Positions 12,296 through 25,717 of a DNA stretch of 64,000 nt are shown one piece after another. The position numbers and the translations under genes are program-made. Source of the DNA: Fistulifera solaris (Eukaryota); assembly GCA_030295235.1 (NCBI GenBank), contig AP026129.1, positions 1,178,001 to 1,242,000 on the forward strand, read 5' to 3'. How positions within the stretch are numbered: the stretch's first letter is position 1; each line of letters starts with the position of its first letter. The notes under the pieces are model-generated. The model made no database searches and had not been told where the DNA came from. It saw nothing but the letters and a program-made list of their open reading frames with translations.

Positions 12296-13387
12296 ATGGT
12301 TCACCAATCGGGCGCTTTCTCCGTCGGGGGAACGTTCCTTTCGACGGCCGAAAAGGCAGCTTTAGAGGAAACGGCCGCTGCGGTTGCCACGTTCGGCAAA
12401 GGAATCACCGCTTGTGACGAAGGACCGGCAACGATCGGGGGCAGATTCGAAAAAGTTGGTGTCGAGAATACGGAGGAGAACCGCCGTAAATACAGACAAA
12501 TGCTCTTTGAAGCCCCCGGCTGTGAAAACTACCTAAGTGCCGCAATCCTCGACCCCGAGACTCTCTATCAGAAGAATGATGAAGGGAAACCGTTCCCTCA
12601 GGTTCTGACCGAACGAGGAATCGTTCCAGGAATTAAGCCGCATTTGAAAGTATACACTCTGCCAGGGACGAATGGCGATACGGTCATGCAGGGACTCGAC
12701 TCTCTGGCGGCTCGTTGCAAGGAGTATTACGACAATGGAGCTCGTTTTGCCAAATGGCGATCGCCGCTGGTCATTGATATGAAGAACAGATGTCCGACGG
12801 ACTTGGCTATCAAAGCAAATATGCATGACTTGGCGCGATATGCACTCATTTGTCAGAGTGAGGGCTTGATGCCCATCGTAGAACCGGATATTTCCTTGAG
12901 CGGAACCCACACTCTAGAAGAAGCCGTCGATGTAAACATTCGTGTCCAGTCGGAGCTATTTAAAGCTATGATTGATCATGGAGTATACATGGCTGGAACT
13001 ACGTTGAAGCCGAATATTGTGAACCCTGGCAAGAACTGTCCCAAGAGTTATACTGTAGAAGAGATCGCCGAAGCCAACATTTTTGTGTTTGAACAGAGTT
13101 TTCCTGTTGCCATGAAAGGTGCCAACTATCTTTCCGGTGGCCAAACCTTGGAGCAAGCTGCTGCTCGATTAAGCGCCATCAATAAAGCGAACAAGAAAGG
13201 GCCTTGGAACTTGAGTTTCAGCTGGAGTCAGGCTTTGCAGCTGCCATTACTTGATCTTTGCAAGGATAAAGGAAATTTGCAGTTGGAAGATATGAGCAAA
13301 TTGTATGTAGAAGAGCTAAAAATCGCAAGTGCAGCTGCCAAAGGAGAATATGAATGGACGAAAGGCGATGGAGACCACAAGGCGTAA
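12296..13387 (+). CDS. FBA: Fructose-bisphosphate aldolase, class I (no targeting peptide, probably cytosolic)
   Basis: Motifs KGITACDE, GARFAKWR, LARYALICQSEGLMPIVEPD, Schiff-base LKPNIV, LSGGQ and PWNLSFSW. Intronless, 363 aa. Confidence 0.95.
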   Translation: MVHQSGAFSVGGTFLSTAEKAALEETAAAVATFGKGITACDEGPATIGGRFEKVGVENTEENRRKYRQMLFEAPGCENYLSAAILDPETLYQKNDEGKPFPQVLTERGIVPGIKPHLKVYTLPGTNGDTVMQGLDSLAARCKEYYDNGARFAKWRSPLVIDMKNRCPTDLAIKANMHDLARYALICQSEGLMPIVEPDISLSGTHTLEEAVDVNIRVQSELFKAMIDHGVYMAGTTLKPNIVNPGKNCPKSYTVEEIAEANIFVFEQSFPVAMKGANYLSGGQTLEQAAARLSAINKANKKGPWNLSFSWSQALQLPLLDLCKDKGNLQLEDMSKLYVEELKIASAAAKGEYEWTKGDGDHKA

Positions 13388-13491
13388 ATGAGATTAATTA
13401 TGCTAGTATACCTGGTATTCAGACCAATTCAATGGTGATTTACAACAAGCCCTTTCAAATGCTAAAGAAGCGCTGGGAAAATGTATGATGA

Positions 13492-13953
13492 CTATGTTTT
13501 GGATTCCTCCAAGCTAGCTCGATCCACATCGGCATCGTAATCCGCCCTCATACGCTCCAATAAATCGCGCAAACAACAGAGGCCCATTGACATGTAAATG
13601 ACACCGAGAGCAAACATGGCGTAGGATGCTCCTAACATAATCAAATGAACTATCATTTGCCGTGTTTCGAGACTCCGCTCTTCCACTTCGTTCGCTTCCG
13701 CCATGACGACTCCAATGAGACCAATGAACGAGTAGAGAAACCCCCGATAGACCCAATTGTCGTAGGTGGTGGGCACCAGAGCTTTTATACGGAGTTCCGT
13801 GAGAATGAGAATGATGCAAAAGGCCACTATGTACAGACGAAGGACATTTGGCATGAATAAGAAATGGAAGACGGCCATGGCCGCCATCTGGGCTCCGAGT
13901 AATACCGCCGAGACCACGATGGCGATCGACGAAAGGATCGTGAAAGAACGCAA
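13492..13953 (-). CDS. COPI-associated/Golgi-type multi-pass membrane protein (true start probably slightly upstream)
   Basis: Four hydrophobic segments. LRLYIVAFCIILILTE and NWVYRGFLYSFIGLIG pattern. Confidence 0.6.
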   Translation of the reverse strand: MRSFTILSSIAIVVSAVLLGAQMAAMAVFHFLFMPNVLRLYIVAFCIILILTELRIKALVPTTYDNWVYRGFLYSFIGLIGVVMAEANEVEERSLETRQMIVHLIMLGASYAMFALGVIYMSMGLCCLRDLLERMRADYDADVDRASLEESKT

Positions 13954-14561
13954 GGCGCACGAGCGTCGAGGAAAGATTCGTTCCGCGGGAGAGAGGTCTT
14001 CATCACTATTCTTCGGAAGAAGTACCGTTTGCTCTTCTGCAGCGTTTGAGGGGCTAATATATGATGTGAGAGATGTTTAAGAAGCCAGTTTTCAAGTCGA
14101 CGGATTCACCATCCCGATGCCTACCTTTCTAAAAAGGGATTCATTGTGGCATTGCCACGGATGTCCTGAGCTAACATGATAATAGTGAGAGATGCTTTGT
14201 TATTTCGTTGTCGAAAGAAGATGAATAATAATCGCCTGTTTGTTGTTGATGGCAATTCTTCTCCGAAAGTTTTGAATCATGAGACGGTTCTGATTTTGTG
14301 AGATGAAAGAGGTGATCGAGCGAGTAACGAAGCGACTCTTTAGACCGGTACTCGATGACATCATACAGTACATTCACAGTTACAGTCAACCCTGACATTC
14401 ACGTCAGCAAGAAATGACGTTGTTGCCTCGATTTTTCGCAGGACACATTTTTTCTGTTTAGCTCGCTGAATTCGAAAAAACACAAGTCTTTCATTCCTAA
14501 CGAAATAAATTGCTTGCTTTATCTTGACCGCCGCGCTCTTCAGACGACTTTGACATACCCA

Positions 14562-15999
14562 ATGATACTGTCTCGCTGGAATAAAGGCTTCGCGATCGGG
14601 AAACGATACGCTTTGCCGTCTGTGCGATTCTTTTCGGACTCCTCGGACGACGACACTGAGACGACTGCGAAAACGGAAACACCGCGTGATCTCAACAATC
14701 TCCCCATCACGTTTGCCGATATTAGTCGTGCGGATGTGGCCATTCGTGGAGGAGTCAAACGAACTGTGTGCGAACGATCCCATTTCATCAGTGAACTGGT
14801 CGGCGCCAATGTCTTTTCAAGCAAGAATTTCGTCAATTCACGGGCAGTTTCAAAGAACGAGGTGCTCGGAATGCCATTTTGCAAGTCAAACGAGAAAAAG
14901 GAAACGCGTTAAGGGGTGTGATTGCGGCCAGTGCTGGAAATCACGCCTTGGCGTTGGCGTATCACGGAAAAGAGTTGGGTGTCCCCGTCACGGTCGTCAT
15001 GCCGTCGGTGGCTCCCATGGCCAAAGTGGACAAGTGTCGTGTAAGTGCAAAGATGATCTTTTTACTAAGAGTGCAATGGATCCCTCCTAATGCTTCCTTT
15101 TACAGAAATTCGGTGCCCGTATCATTATTGAAGGACAACACATCGGGCAAGCGAAAGAATATGCGGAGATGCTAGTCGAGAAGGAGGATTTACACTACAT
15201 TAATGGTTACGATGATCCGCCAATTTTGGCGGGTGCGGGTACGATCGGAATGGAAATCATGAACGATGTTCCCTGTGTCGACGTGGTCGTTGTACCCGTG
15301 GGAGGTGCTGGTTTGATTGCCGGAATATCGTGTGCGATCAAAACATTGAAACCCTGTGTCAAAGTGATTGGCGTAGAGCCGGAGTTTTGTGCGTCGTACA
15401 CGGCAGCATTGAAAGCGGGTCGACCAGTACCGGCCCCTTTCACGCCAACACTGGCGGACGGTTTGGCAGTTCCCGTCGTTGGTCCCCATGCCTTCGAAGT
15501 AGCGAGTGCTTATGTAGATGAATGCGTCTTGACGAATGAGATGGAAATATCATTAGCGGTACTTCGACTTATTGAGCAAGAGAAGATGGTGGTGGAAGGC
15601 GGCGGAGCTGCCGGTTTGGCTGCTCTCTTGCCAGGCGGCGCTCTCGATCGATACGATATGAAAGGGAAAAACATTGTGGTCCCATTGTGTGGTGGAAACA
15701 TCGATACAACGGTACTTGGCCGTGTGCTCGAGCGCGGTTTGGCCGCCGATAAGCGACTGGTGAATTTTTATGCTACCGTGTCCGATCGGCCGGGTGGAAT
15801 ATCGGGACTCACCACTCTGTTATCGAATGAAGGTGCCAGCATCAAAGACATTTACCACGAGCGTGCTTGGTTGCATTCCAATGTAGATCAGGTGCAGGTC
15901 AAGTGCGTTGTCGAACTGCAAGGAGTGGAGCACGGAAAAAGACTCCAAAATGCTTTGATTAGTGCGGGATATCCTGTCGTGTGGAATACCGAATTTTAA
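14562..15999 (+). CDS. PLP-dependent threonine/serine dehydratase with C-terminal ACT domain, mitochondrial-type presequence
   Basis: Motifs TGSFKERG (after restoring the frame near 14815), AASAGNHA, VPVGGAGLIAG, TLADGLAVP, VEGGGAAG, LCGGNID and DRPGG. Intron 15041-15105. Confidence 0.92.
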
Positions 16000-16792
16000 C
16001 ATCTTTTTGAGCGTGTGCTCGTGCAACACATTTCGCAAGCGGTGTGTTAAGGTAGCGCATTCCGACTCGCCCTCTAGCGTCGAGAGTTGTTGTAGCAACG
16101 ATTTTTCTCTATTCAACGATACGCACTCTCTATGTTACTTTCCCTGCCCATCATTTTATAGAGTTTATCAAGCGAAAACCTTACAAAATACGTAAATTAG
16201 ATCTCTATTATTGGTCGATCTAATTTTAGTAAATCCTTAAATTAAACAAGACTCATAGCTTCTCGGAACTCGGGATTGATGCCGGAATTTTTTCGTACTC
16301 TCTTCCAAACTGTGGATTCTCTTCTTTTTCTTAGTACTTGGTTCGCCATTCCAGTAGGTTAGAAAACGTCCACGTATCGCTTATCTTCCGATGACGAACT
16401 TATAGAGAACTTATTCCGTGGGGTATTTTACAAGGACGGAGAAGCTAAATTACGGAACACTTTGACCCACAATGTGACCGCGGATCGGCAAAGAGTATCG
16501 CTCCATTTGATTCATTTGAAAGTTGAAAGGCTGAAACTAGAAACAAGACCAAGACGATTGTAAACTGTAAGCACTATGTTCCTAGCTGATCTATGGAAAA
16601 GAACTCAAGAAAAGCGACGATGTGGGATGTTCTTCCCTTTCAACATAGAAAAATCGGGATCGGCGAAATCCTCGTACATTTCTTAGGCGAAACTACGTAG
16701 AATGTGTGACTCGTTTAGCTCCTAGCTCCTAGAATTTAAAGCCCAACGATCGGAACGAATCTACCGCCCCATCAACAGCAGTATTTGATTGC

Positions 16793-17701
16793 ATGCGCGA
16801 GACTTTGCCCATTTTTCATCATTATAATAACGAGGGGTCAATCGTTAAAGCAACATTCGACGCAAGGAACGACATGGCTGCTTTTATCGACCATCATCTC
16901 GATGGCGATCTGCGCGAGTTCGCAAGGATCTTTGATGGTGATAGCGAAGACATTGGTTTCGAGCAAATGATCGCTCAAGTCACCTACAATGACCAATCTA
17001 TTCTCTCGCCGATCAGATGCATTTCCCCGATCTGTCCAGCCACTTCTGCATTTGTTGACGGACCGTGCTTGCCGACGGATCCGTATCCGTTTGTACTGGG
17101 AGGCCTAAAGTCTCCGGAGACTCCCTGGCATGTGCAGCTCAGGCAAGACTGCAACTTGTCCTCGGACGACAAACCGTGTAACCACGAGCTGGAAGCATCT
17201 GTTGTCATGCAGTCATCCAATGGTTCTACTCAAGTGTCACCTTACCAAGACTTAACTACCCCCATCTTTCTTGCTCAGCCAAGTGCACCCCTCTCATCGA
17301 ATCCGCAACTTGGCGATGAAACGCTTGCGACAGTAAAGAAGAAAAAGAAAAGGTCCACTCGCAACCCCGTCACACCGGCCTTGTCGGCTTACAATTTCTT
17401 TTTTCGCGACGAACGCGACCGCATTTTAAAGAAACACCAAGACATGGCCTATACGCCGGAACGACAAGACTTGCTATTACACAGGCACTGGCAGCAAGAC
17501 CGCAGTCAAAAACGACGTCACGTAAAGACTCACGGGAAAATCAATTTTGCGACCTTATCGAAATGCATTTCGATGCGGTGGAAGCAATTGCCGGAGCACG
17601 CGAAAACCTTTTATCGCGAAATATCGTTGCGCGATTGGGATCGTTTCCGAAAAGAGAGTAGTACTGCTGAAGAACGTTTGTTGTATGATGCTTCGACTTA
17701 A
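16793..17701 (+). CDS. HMG-box protein (diatom-type transcription factor)
   Basis: PALSAYNFFFRDER..RRHVKTHGKINFATLSKCISMRWKQL..FYREIS..D..RF. Confidence 0.88.
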   Translation: MRETLPIFHHYNNEGSIVKATFDARNDMAAFIDHHLDGDLREFARIFDGDSEDIGFEQMIAQVTYNDQSILSPIRCISPICPATSAFVDGPCLPTDPYPFVLGGLKSPETPWHVQLRQDCNLSSDDKPCNHELEASVVMQSSNGSTQVSPYQDLTTPIFLAQPSAPLSSNPQLGDETLATVKKKKKRSTRNPVTPALSAYNFFFRDERDRILKKHQDMAYTPERQDLLLHRHWQQDRSQKRRHVKTHGKINFATLSKCISMRWKQLPEHAKTFYREISLRDWDRFRKESSTAEERLLYDAST

Positions 17702-18470
17702 GAGCTTGTCTGAAGCTCATAAATGAAATTCATCATTCTTACTTTTCGAGGAAATACTGTACCAGAGAGAGCAATGTCGTGGACACTTTCTTTTCTGATG
17801 GTTCGACCATGAGCTCTTCCGACGTTAATGAAAAATAGCAGGATCATCTCTGCTGAACGGCAAGTCATGCATATAGTAGTGAAACGAATCATCATTAATG
17901 ACTACATTCTTGCAATCAAGAATCCTTTATAAGCCAGAGTTTATGACTCCGAGACATCTGTCTTCATATTTCTCGCGTACTGGTACCAGCATTATGCATC
18001 ATAATGCACTTTCGAATGGGCGTAAGCCGTTGTTTCCACATGACTACATTTCAGTCCTTTGATAGCCAGCGCTTTCACCGGGCTTTGTTATTTCGATTCA
18101 TGCCTTTATACAGTCCGCAACGGCAAAAAAAAATTGTGTCGAGCCACTTTGGATTATTGCCTTTGGAGGCGATGATGTGAGAGGATCCTTCGTTCCGTCG
18201 AAAGTCGTTTGCGGAAATCATCATCATCTTTGTGGTTCGGATTTACTATACCAACGTGTAGACATAAAGTGCAATACCAACTTATTCACGGCTGCATTTC
18301 AGTCATGAATACTGAAAACATGTCTTACAGGTACTAGCTAAGCAATCCATTATAAGGCCTTATTATTGGCGCGCAAAAAGAAAAACATGACGCTCGCTCC
18401 ACTCACATCATTGCTGGTCAAAGAGGTATAGTCTTACTCTATCTATTCTACCAATACCCCCTTCTAAGCC

Positions 18471-21400
18471 ATGGAAAACGAAGTCTCGCATTACGTGGTC
18501 ACGGCGCATCCACCAGGAAGCGTACTGGCAACTCTCAAATGTTATTTCACGTCGTCCGAAGTACAGGTACGAAGTTCTCGCCATTCCTGTTTGCTTGTCT
18601 CATCGTATCATCTGTTTTACATTATTATTATTACGTGTGTTTATTTTTTCTTAATTTTTCTTCTTCTTGTTTTTACATAGGACTTATTGATTGCTAAATC
18701 ACGTCGATTGGAAGTTCGACAATGGAAACAAGGAACGCTGGATACCATCTTGACGTTACCCATTCACGGTCGGATCATTGCCATGACGGCGTTGCCTTCT
18801 TCGTCCGAAAAACAACCTCAGTGCGTCTTTTTCCTCACGGAACGTTTTCAGTATGCCTTGATCGGATACGATGCAACGCAAACACCGTATCCGATCCAAA
18901 CGTACGACAGTGGTTCCTTTCCGGAAGGTGTCACGATGGGACGTACCACAGAACATCCGCTCTTAACCATGCATCCTACGTGCTTGGCGTTGCATCTGTT
19001 TCGTGGCTTTGTGACCATTTTGCCCTTTCAAGGCCATCAACAATTGCAACGTCCCTTTCATGTCCGTGTCGAACAAGCGCACAAGATTCTCGCGCTGTGT
19101 TTTCTCCTCCATACTACGACTACGACTACTACTACTACCACCACCCACGAACCACACCTCTGTATTTTGTACCAAAGTCAGGCCCATCAACACGTCACAT
19201 CCGCGAAAATTGTCGGACACGAATTGCATTTTCAAGGCATGCAATCCCGGGTCGATGGGGGAAGTGCCCTCTTGTTGCCTGTTCCTCCTTTGGGCAACAA
19301 CGAAACCATCGGAGGTGTATTGGTCATTGGACAAATGCAATGGACGTATTTGCATTTGAATGGGACCACGAAAGTGGTACCAATACGGCAAGCGCTTCTT
19401 TTTGTGTGCCACCACGTTACCGGCCCAGCCCTGGCCGCGTTATTTGTTGGCGGATGAATTTGGTAATTGGCATGTATTGACGTTGCTGGTGGAGTCGAAT
19501 AAAATCATGGCATTGCAACGAGATGTGTTGGGATCGTGTACCTTGTGTCATTCGTTGGTGGTATTAGACGACGGATTGGTGTTTGCGGGAAGTCGTGTTG
19601 GTGATTCGCAGCTCCTGCAGATTCACCCAGAACCCGTCGAGGATGCATTTCTGAGTGTCGTGGAAGAATACACGCAATTGGGACCCATTTTGGATTTGGA
19701 TAGCAATGGACCCGTCGTCGTGACGGCATCGGGATCGAGTCAATTTGGGAGTCTCCGATTGGTGCGGAATGGGATCGGAATGAATGAATACGCGGCCGTG
19801 GAAATGCCCGCCATCCAAAAATATGTTTCGATTGAAGGTTTCGGCGAATGAGGATCAGTATTTGGTACAGAGTTTTGTGGGGGAAACGCGAGTGTTGGGT
19901 GTTGTGGAACATGAGGAGGGTGCGACCTTGGAAGAAGTGTGGTTGGCCGGACTCGACAGTCAGTCTTCGTCGTTGTACGTGGGCAATGTGACGGGAGGTG
20001 TCTGGATCCAAATCACGGACTCGGCCGTGCGATTGTGTACCGCGGAGGCGGTATTGGATACGTGGGTCGCGGAGAAGCCCATAACGGTGGCTACGGCCAA
20101 TCCCGCCGGTCAAATTGCGGTCGCTCTGCAAGGTGGTTTGCTGCAGTATCTAATAGTTGGTGACGACAGCACCTTGAAGGTGATGACTTCCAAGTCCATG
20201 GGAAAAGATGTTTCTTGTTTAACTTTGGATCCTTTGACGAGTGACGCGATGGAAACGGATTCGGCGGTGTCGGCGAAATTAGTCGGCGTGGGACTCTGGG
20301 ATGAATTCAAAGTCCGCCTATTGGCGCTGGATTCACTGGAAGAATCTCTCTGCTTGGAACTTTCGGAGGAGTCCGAGAACGACGAGCGTCACCATCGTCT
20401 CAACATGATGGCTCGTAGTCTATGTTTCATTACCTTGGAATTGGATAGCAATCGAAGTGTCAATGTGGATATGCTATTTGTTGGTTTGGGAGATGGGACG
20501 TTGATCTCTTTTTCATTGTCGCAAGGCAAGGGCGTTGTGTCGGCTCATTCTCGCAAAGAAGTATGCCTCGGCACACAACGGATTGATCTCGTTCCTCTTC
20601 ACACGGAAGAAGGTGGGACATGCGTCTTGGCTACTGGCGACCGACCAACCGTCATCTATTTGGCAGGACTGTCCAATAACAATCCTAAATTATGCTATTC
20701 CACTGTGAATTTGAGTGGCAGTGATGAGGAGGACCGGTCGCAGCAGACGATCGCTGTGAATGTTGCCACGCCGTTTGTTAGTCCCAAAATTTTTGAAACG
20801 ATGGGTAGTCAGCATTATTCGCTCTGCGTGGCAGATGACACCTATCTTCGTCTGGGTGTCATTGACGACATTCAGAAGCTACATGTTACGACTTGTCGAT
20901 TGGGTATGGCTCCACGTCGCATTGTACATTGCCCTGAAGGCCGACTATTTGCGGTGGGGTGTCTCGAAAGTGGGATCAAGCACCTTGGTGTGCTGCAAGA
21001 AGACGATGAGACTAGTATGGGTAACTGCATTCGTATCTTGGACGATACTACCTTTGATGACTTAGAGCGAATCGATTTGGAGCCGTTTGAGATGATTTTA
21101 TCGATGGTATACGTGTCATTGCAGGTTGGAAACGAAACGAGCCCATTTCTCCTAGTTGGCACAGCTTATGCACTTCCTAGTGAAGACGAACCAACGCGGG
21201 GGCGAATTTTGGTTTACACTTGCCAACGTCAAGAAAACACAACCTCCGCAACGGATGACAGCCGGGCGATACGACCAGTCGCAGAATTCATTGCATCAGG
21301 TGCTGTCTACAGTCTGTGTCAGTTCTACGACGGAATGGCTCTGTGTACAGTTGGCTCAAAGACCATGGTATGCCGATTGGTAAAAGAAGCTGGTCTGTTT

Positions 21401-22369
21401 CGTTTCGAGTTTGTCGGGCGCGGTCACCATGGTAACATACTTAGCCTTTTTGTGAAGAGTTTGGCCAAACGCACACCTGCTTCCGATGGGTCACAGGACG
21501 GTGACACCAGCAAGGCCCCAGCCACCCTAATGGACGTTTCCGAGCATAAAGAGTCAAAAGCGGAATCGAAGGAGGAAGAACAGTTTGCCATTGTGGGAGA
21601 TCTTATGCGTTCCATTAGTTTGGTGCAATATTATCCCGAGCACAAAACCCTTGAAGAAATCGCTCGCGATTTCAACAGTAATTGGACGACTGCGATCGAG
21701 ATGCTCCACGCCAACGTGTACTTAGGAGCCGAGAACTGGAACAATCTGTTCTGTCTGCGACGTAACACCGCGTCCACGAGCGCGGAAGTTCAGTGTCGCC
21801 TTGAAACGGTCGGTGAATATCATTTGGGTGAGATGTGCAACAAGTTTCTGCCCGGTAGTTTGGTCATGCCGGTTTCCTCCACCAAGGGCAAGCCACGCAC
21901 GACGCCCGAAAGTCCCTCCAAAGCGAATCGCGTCGCGGCTCGTAAGGCACCCATTGTTACGGGCAGTCAGACATTGTTTGGGACGGTGGATGGGACGTTG
22001 GGTGTCATTTTAGGACTGGACGGGAAAACGGCGACGTTTTTGAGCTGTTTGGAGCGGGCCATGTCTACCACTATTCAACCAGTGGGTGATCTAGACCATC
22101 GCATGTTCCGGGCGGTGCAAGCGAATCATCGGATCCATCCTGCCCATGGTTTCATTGATGGTGATTTAATCGAAAGTTTCCTGGATTTAGATCAAGAATT
22201 GATGGAAAAGGTCGTTACGGCAATGAATCGAGACGGAGGATGGGATGCGGGCGATGAAGACGCCACTATGATGCCCATTCAAGAAAGTGGTGAAACTGAG
22301 AGTGATCGCATGGATCTTTCGATTGATGATGTAGTGACGATGGTCGAAGAAATGACAATGTTACATTGA
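18471..22369 (+). CDS. DDB1: DNA damage-binding protein 1 (DDB1)
   Basis: Motifs HYVVTAHPP, GSRVGDSQLL, SLRLVRNGIG, IDDIQKLHV, EDEPTRGRI, VGDLMRSISL, EEIARDFNSNW, GEYHLGE and GFIDGDLIESFLDL. Intron 18568-18680. Frameshifts near 19400 and 19816. Confidence 0.95.
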
Positions 22370-22577
22370 AATTGATTGAAAGAGCGTTGATTATTGCATG
22401 ACGACTGCTGGATGGAGTAGAAGAGAAAAATATGGAATGATAAAGAGTCATTATAAATTGAATTTACACATTCGTATCCGTCTTGAAGAAAAATTCTCAG
22501 TACAGCTCTTCTTTCTTTTTTAAAAATGAAACATGAAAAATAAACATACACGGGACCACGTCGGGAAGCGTTTCCTA

Positions 22578-22988
22578 TTACGCTGGAACGGCTTCAACCA
22601 ACATCTTTTGCGGATTTGGAACAAACTTGATTTTCTTATGATCTCCCAACACTTTGCCATGCACATCGTAAAATTCTCCATTGGGAGCTTGGTAGGCATC
22701 CCGACGATCCATGCGGAACAATAAAAGCAATATTGCCGGAAAGCACGCCACCACAATCCCTCCGACAGTCGCGGCGAGTGTCAACGGACCTCGATAATGT
22801 TGTTGTCCCCAAACACCACCGGAGGGAACCCCGGGCGGAGGAGGATGATCGACATAAAAGACACGTTGACTCGGGGTCTTCGTGTCGACTGGAGTCGACT
22901 GGTCCGTCTCGGTAATAATATCTTCATCAATCAAAACAGCATCGGTGGTGATGATGGAGGAGTCATATTCGATTTTATCGTGTTTCAT
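22578..22988 (-). CDS. Small membrane protein with PPPG-x-GG-x-W motif and one hydrophobic helix
   Basis: 136-aa ORF: PPPGVPSGGVWG, YRGPLT, TM segment, then DRRDAYQAPNG. Confidence 0.6.
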   Translation of the reverse strand: MKHDKIEYDSSIITTDAVLIDEDIITETDQSTPVDTKTPSQRVFYVDHPPPPGVPSGGVWGQQHYRGPLTLAATVGGIVVACFPAILLLLFRMDRRDAYQAPNGEFYDVHGKVLGDHKKIKFVPNPQKMLVEAVPA

Positions 22989-23475
22989 TCTTCTTCCTTA
23001 TTGTGTAGGGATTGGTTTCAGAGGCAAAAAAAAAAAGATAATCGAAATGGATTTTGTGAACGCTCAGGAACAAAAACAAAATGCGAGCTGGCTAAATCAA
23101 GTCGTGGAGTGTGAATGACACGGGGCTGGCCTCCGTGAGTCGTCGTGGATCTTGTCTTGTCTGTACGTTGAACGTACAGCAGATGACGCTGGAAATGACG
23201 TCGAAGTCAAAGGACCTTATATTCAACACCCTCTGTACAACGTACAATACATGATACTGGAGTACTTGTTCACGACAAGAAAATACCTGATGCAAGGAAA
23301 GCGTTCTTACTTTGCTACTTTCATTGCAAATTACGAAGCATACTTCTTATTGATTTGAGCATATCAGGTCGTTTTTAACGACAAAGAAAAAGCGAATTTC
23401 TCATTGGTGATTCTCTCTCTCTTTCTCTCTAGAGAAACTTCTGCATCATCGACAATAAGGCACGATTGACAAACG

Positions 23476-24120
23476 ATGAGAGCAGTGCCCCTACTACTCT
23501 GGCGCCGTGCGATTCCGATTCGTTTAACAATTGTAACTGCTTGTACTCGATCTCCTCAAAGACGACTCATTCCTTCTGTTCAAATACGACGGAGTATTCG
23601 TACGAATGTTGTCATTACTAAAACGAAACCACCCATCGACAAGGAAGGAGAAGCATCATCCACGCCAACGAAGACCACCATTCCAACGGTGACGCATGAT
23701 GTGACCAAGAATATTAGCACCACCAACGATCAAGTCCAAATCACGGCATCCTGTTGGAATCGTATTCAGAAATTGGTGTCATCGAAAAACAATCCACAAT
23801 TGTATTTACGCGTCTTTGTGGATGCCGGGGGTTGTTCCGGATTCTCGTATCAATTTGAATTGGACGATACGGCACTCGCTTCCGATGATGTTGTCTTTAC
23901 TTCGGGAGATGATGATGATAATAACAATAATAACAATCAGTATCGCTTGGTGATTGATGAAGCCAGTCTCAACATGTTGCGTGGATCTACCATCGATTAT
24001 GTGCAAGAAATGATCAAAAGCAGTTTCCAAGTCACCAACAATCCGCAATCGGAAAGTGCGTGTGGTTGTGGTTCTTCGTTTGCTCTCAAAAACTTTGCTT
24101 CCAATCCGGCGATTGATTGA
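23476..24120 (+). CDS. ISCA2: Iron-sulfur cluster assembly protein, IscA/HesB family (ISCA2-like, mitochondrial)
   Basis: LRVFVDAGGCSGFSYQF and NNPQSESACGCGSSF. Arg-rich N-terminal presequence. Confidence 0.92.
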   Translation: MRAVPLLLWRRAIPIRLTIVTACTRSPQRRLIPSVQIRRSIRTNVVITKTKPPIDKEGEASSTPTKTTIPTVTHDVTKNISTTNDQVQITASCWNRIQKLVSSKNNPQLYLRVFVDAGGCSGFSYQFELDDTALASDDVVFTSGDDDDNNNNNNQYRLVIDEASLNMLRGSTIDYVQEMIKSSFQVTNNPQSESACGCGSSFALKNFASNPAID

Positions 24121-24289
24121 AGATAGTTGAGCTGTGGAAGTTATTTATTTTTCTGAAAGAGAAATCTTTAAACATTACTATTCCTTTTTTGACCTGTCGT
24201 TTTCACTGTGGTGTTCATGAAAATGTATATTGCTAGATACATGCTGCTATAGAAACGAATGATATTGATCACGCAAATGTCTCATTCAA

Positions 24290-25342
24290 TTAATTCGTTT
24301 GAAAGACATTTTGTACCATGGGCTTTTTCACGCTCAATGCCATGCGATCCAATTCCTCCATCGCATCCTGTTTCAACCGAAACTGGGTGGTCTCGATGGT
24401 ACTCCTGGCTTGGGATACGGTGCGACAGCCGGGAATGGGGACCGTTCCTTTGCACAGGGCCCAATTGATGGCAATTTGAGCCGGTGTCTTGTTGTATTCG
24501 TCCGCTACCGCCTTTAACGTGCCCAACAAACCTTGGGCCGATGGCAGTAATTCACGAAACAATTGCTGACGAGGAAAGGGTGGCAGATTGTCGAGATTGT
24601 AACGGCAGGTCAGCAGTCCTAAACATAGAGGACTGTACGCAATCACACGAATTCCCAATTCATCGCAAATTTCGTTCATATACCGCGCCGTCTGATAGGT
24701 TAGCAACGAGTATTGAATTTGTGCAGTTGCCAAAGGGACACCCTCCAAGGCGTTGACAATTTTTTGCAATTGTCGAGGACCGTAATTGGAGACGCCTACG
24801 GCCTGACAGAGATCCTTTTCGTAGATTCGACGCAAACCATCCCAGAGGGCGCGTTCCTGGAGGGGTTGATAATTGGCCGTGGACCAGTGTAATTGGCAAA
24901 TCGCCAGACGGTCTTGTTGTAACCGTCCCAACGACGCTTCGGCGGCGTTGACGAACGATTGCGAAGTAATTCTCCATGGATACGGAGCTAGTTTGGTAGC
25001 GACTTGTTGCGGCCGTAATGGCGGGGCCAGCCAGCCTCTTTGGTTCAGATAGCGTCGCTCAAATTCTCCCAGCAAAATCTCCGATCGTCCATTGAGATCC
25101 AGAGTCCCGTACGAGTCGGCCGTATCAAACAGAGATACTCCAGCATCACGAACTATTTTGTAACTTTGATACAGTTCTTCATCTTGATCGGGATTGTATC
25201 CCCATAAGAAACGGTTCCCCCAACTCCACGTTCCACACCCAATGGAGGAAATTTGCAGTGGGCCCGCCGAAACGGTTCCTATCGAAGGTTGTAAGATTGC
25301 CACAGCTGTGGGCAAGACACATAGACACAGTAAGAGTACCAT
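24290..25342 (-). CDS. Aldo-keto reductase (pyridoxal reductase-like), N-terminal signal
   Basis: GCGTWSWG, FDTADSYG, VATK, QLHWS, AVGVSNYG, AYSPLCLG and PIPG. Confidence 0.9.
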   Translation of the reverse strand: MVLLLCLCVLPTAVAILQPSIGTVSAGPLQISSIGCGTWSWGNRFLWGYNPDQDEELYQSYKIVRDAGVSLFDTADSYGTLDLNGRSEILLGEFERRYLNQRGWLAPPLRPQQVATKLAPYPWRITSQSFVNAAEASLGRLQQDRLAICQLHWSTANYQPLQERALWDGLRRIYEKDLCQAVGVSNYGPRQLQKIVNALEGVPLATAQIQYSLLTYQTARYMNEICDELGIRVIAYSPLCLGLLTCRYNLDNLPPFPRQQLFRELLPSAQGLLGTLKAVADEYNKTPAQIAINWALCKGTVPIPGCRTVSQARSTIETTQFRLKQDAMEELDRMALSVKKPMVQNVFQTN

Positions 25343-25717
25343 TGTGTTACCATAATGTGCTTTATTTTACTTCAGTGCATGCCCCCGGCATTTGTTTCTC
25401 GAAAAAGGAAATAATATATTGTCATCGTCATCGGAAAAAATCACTCTGTACCAGGTATCTTTGTCACCAGTGTTACGTGCTGTCGCACGGGCTCTTCACG
25501 TTGAGGCTAACCTGTAACCTTACTCACGCAGGTAGTTCTCTCGTTTACTGCGGCACATAATAGGCTAAGGTTCCATCCACGCAACATAGCGATTCCCTTC
25601 ATATTAGTCAGTTTGTAATCTCCGCAACGGTAAACTTTTACCATAACTCCCAAGACTTCTGAAAGTCGAGCTTTAATTATATGCTGATTAACTTAGAAGG
25701 TTTAAGATACTCCGATT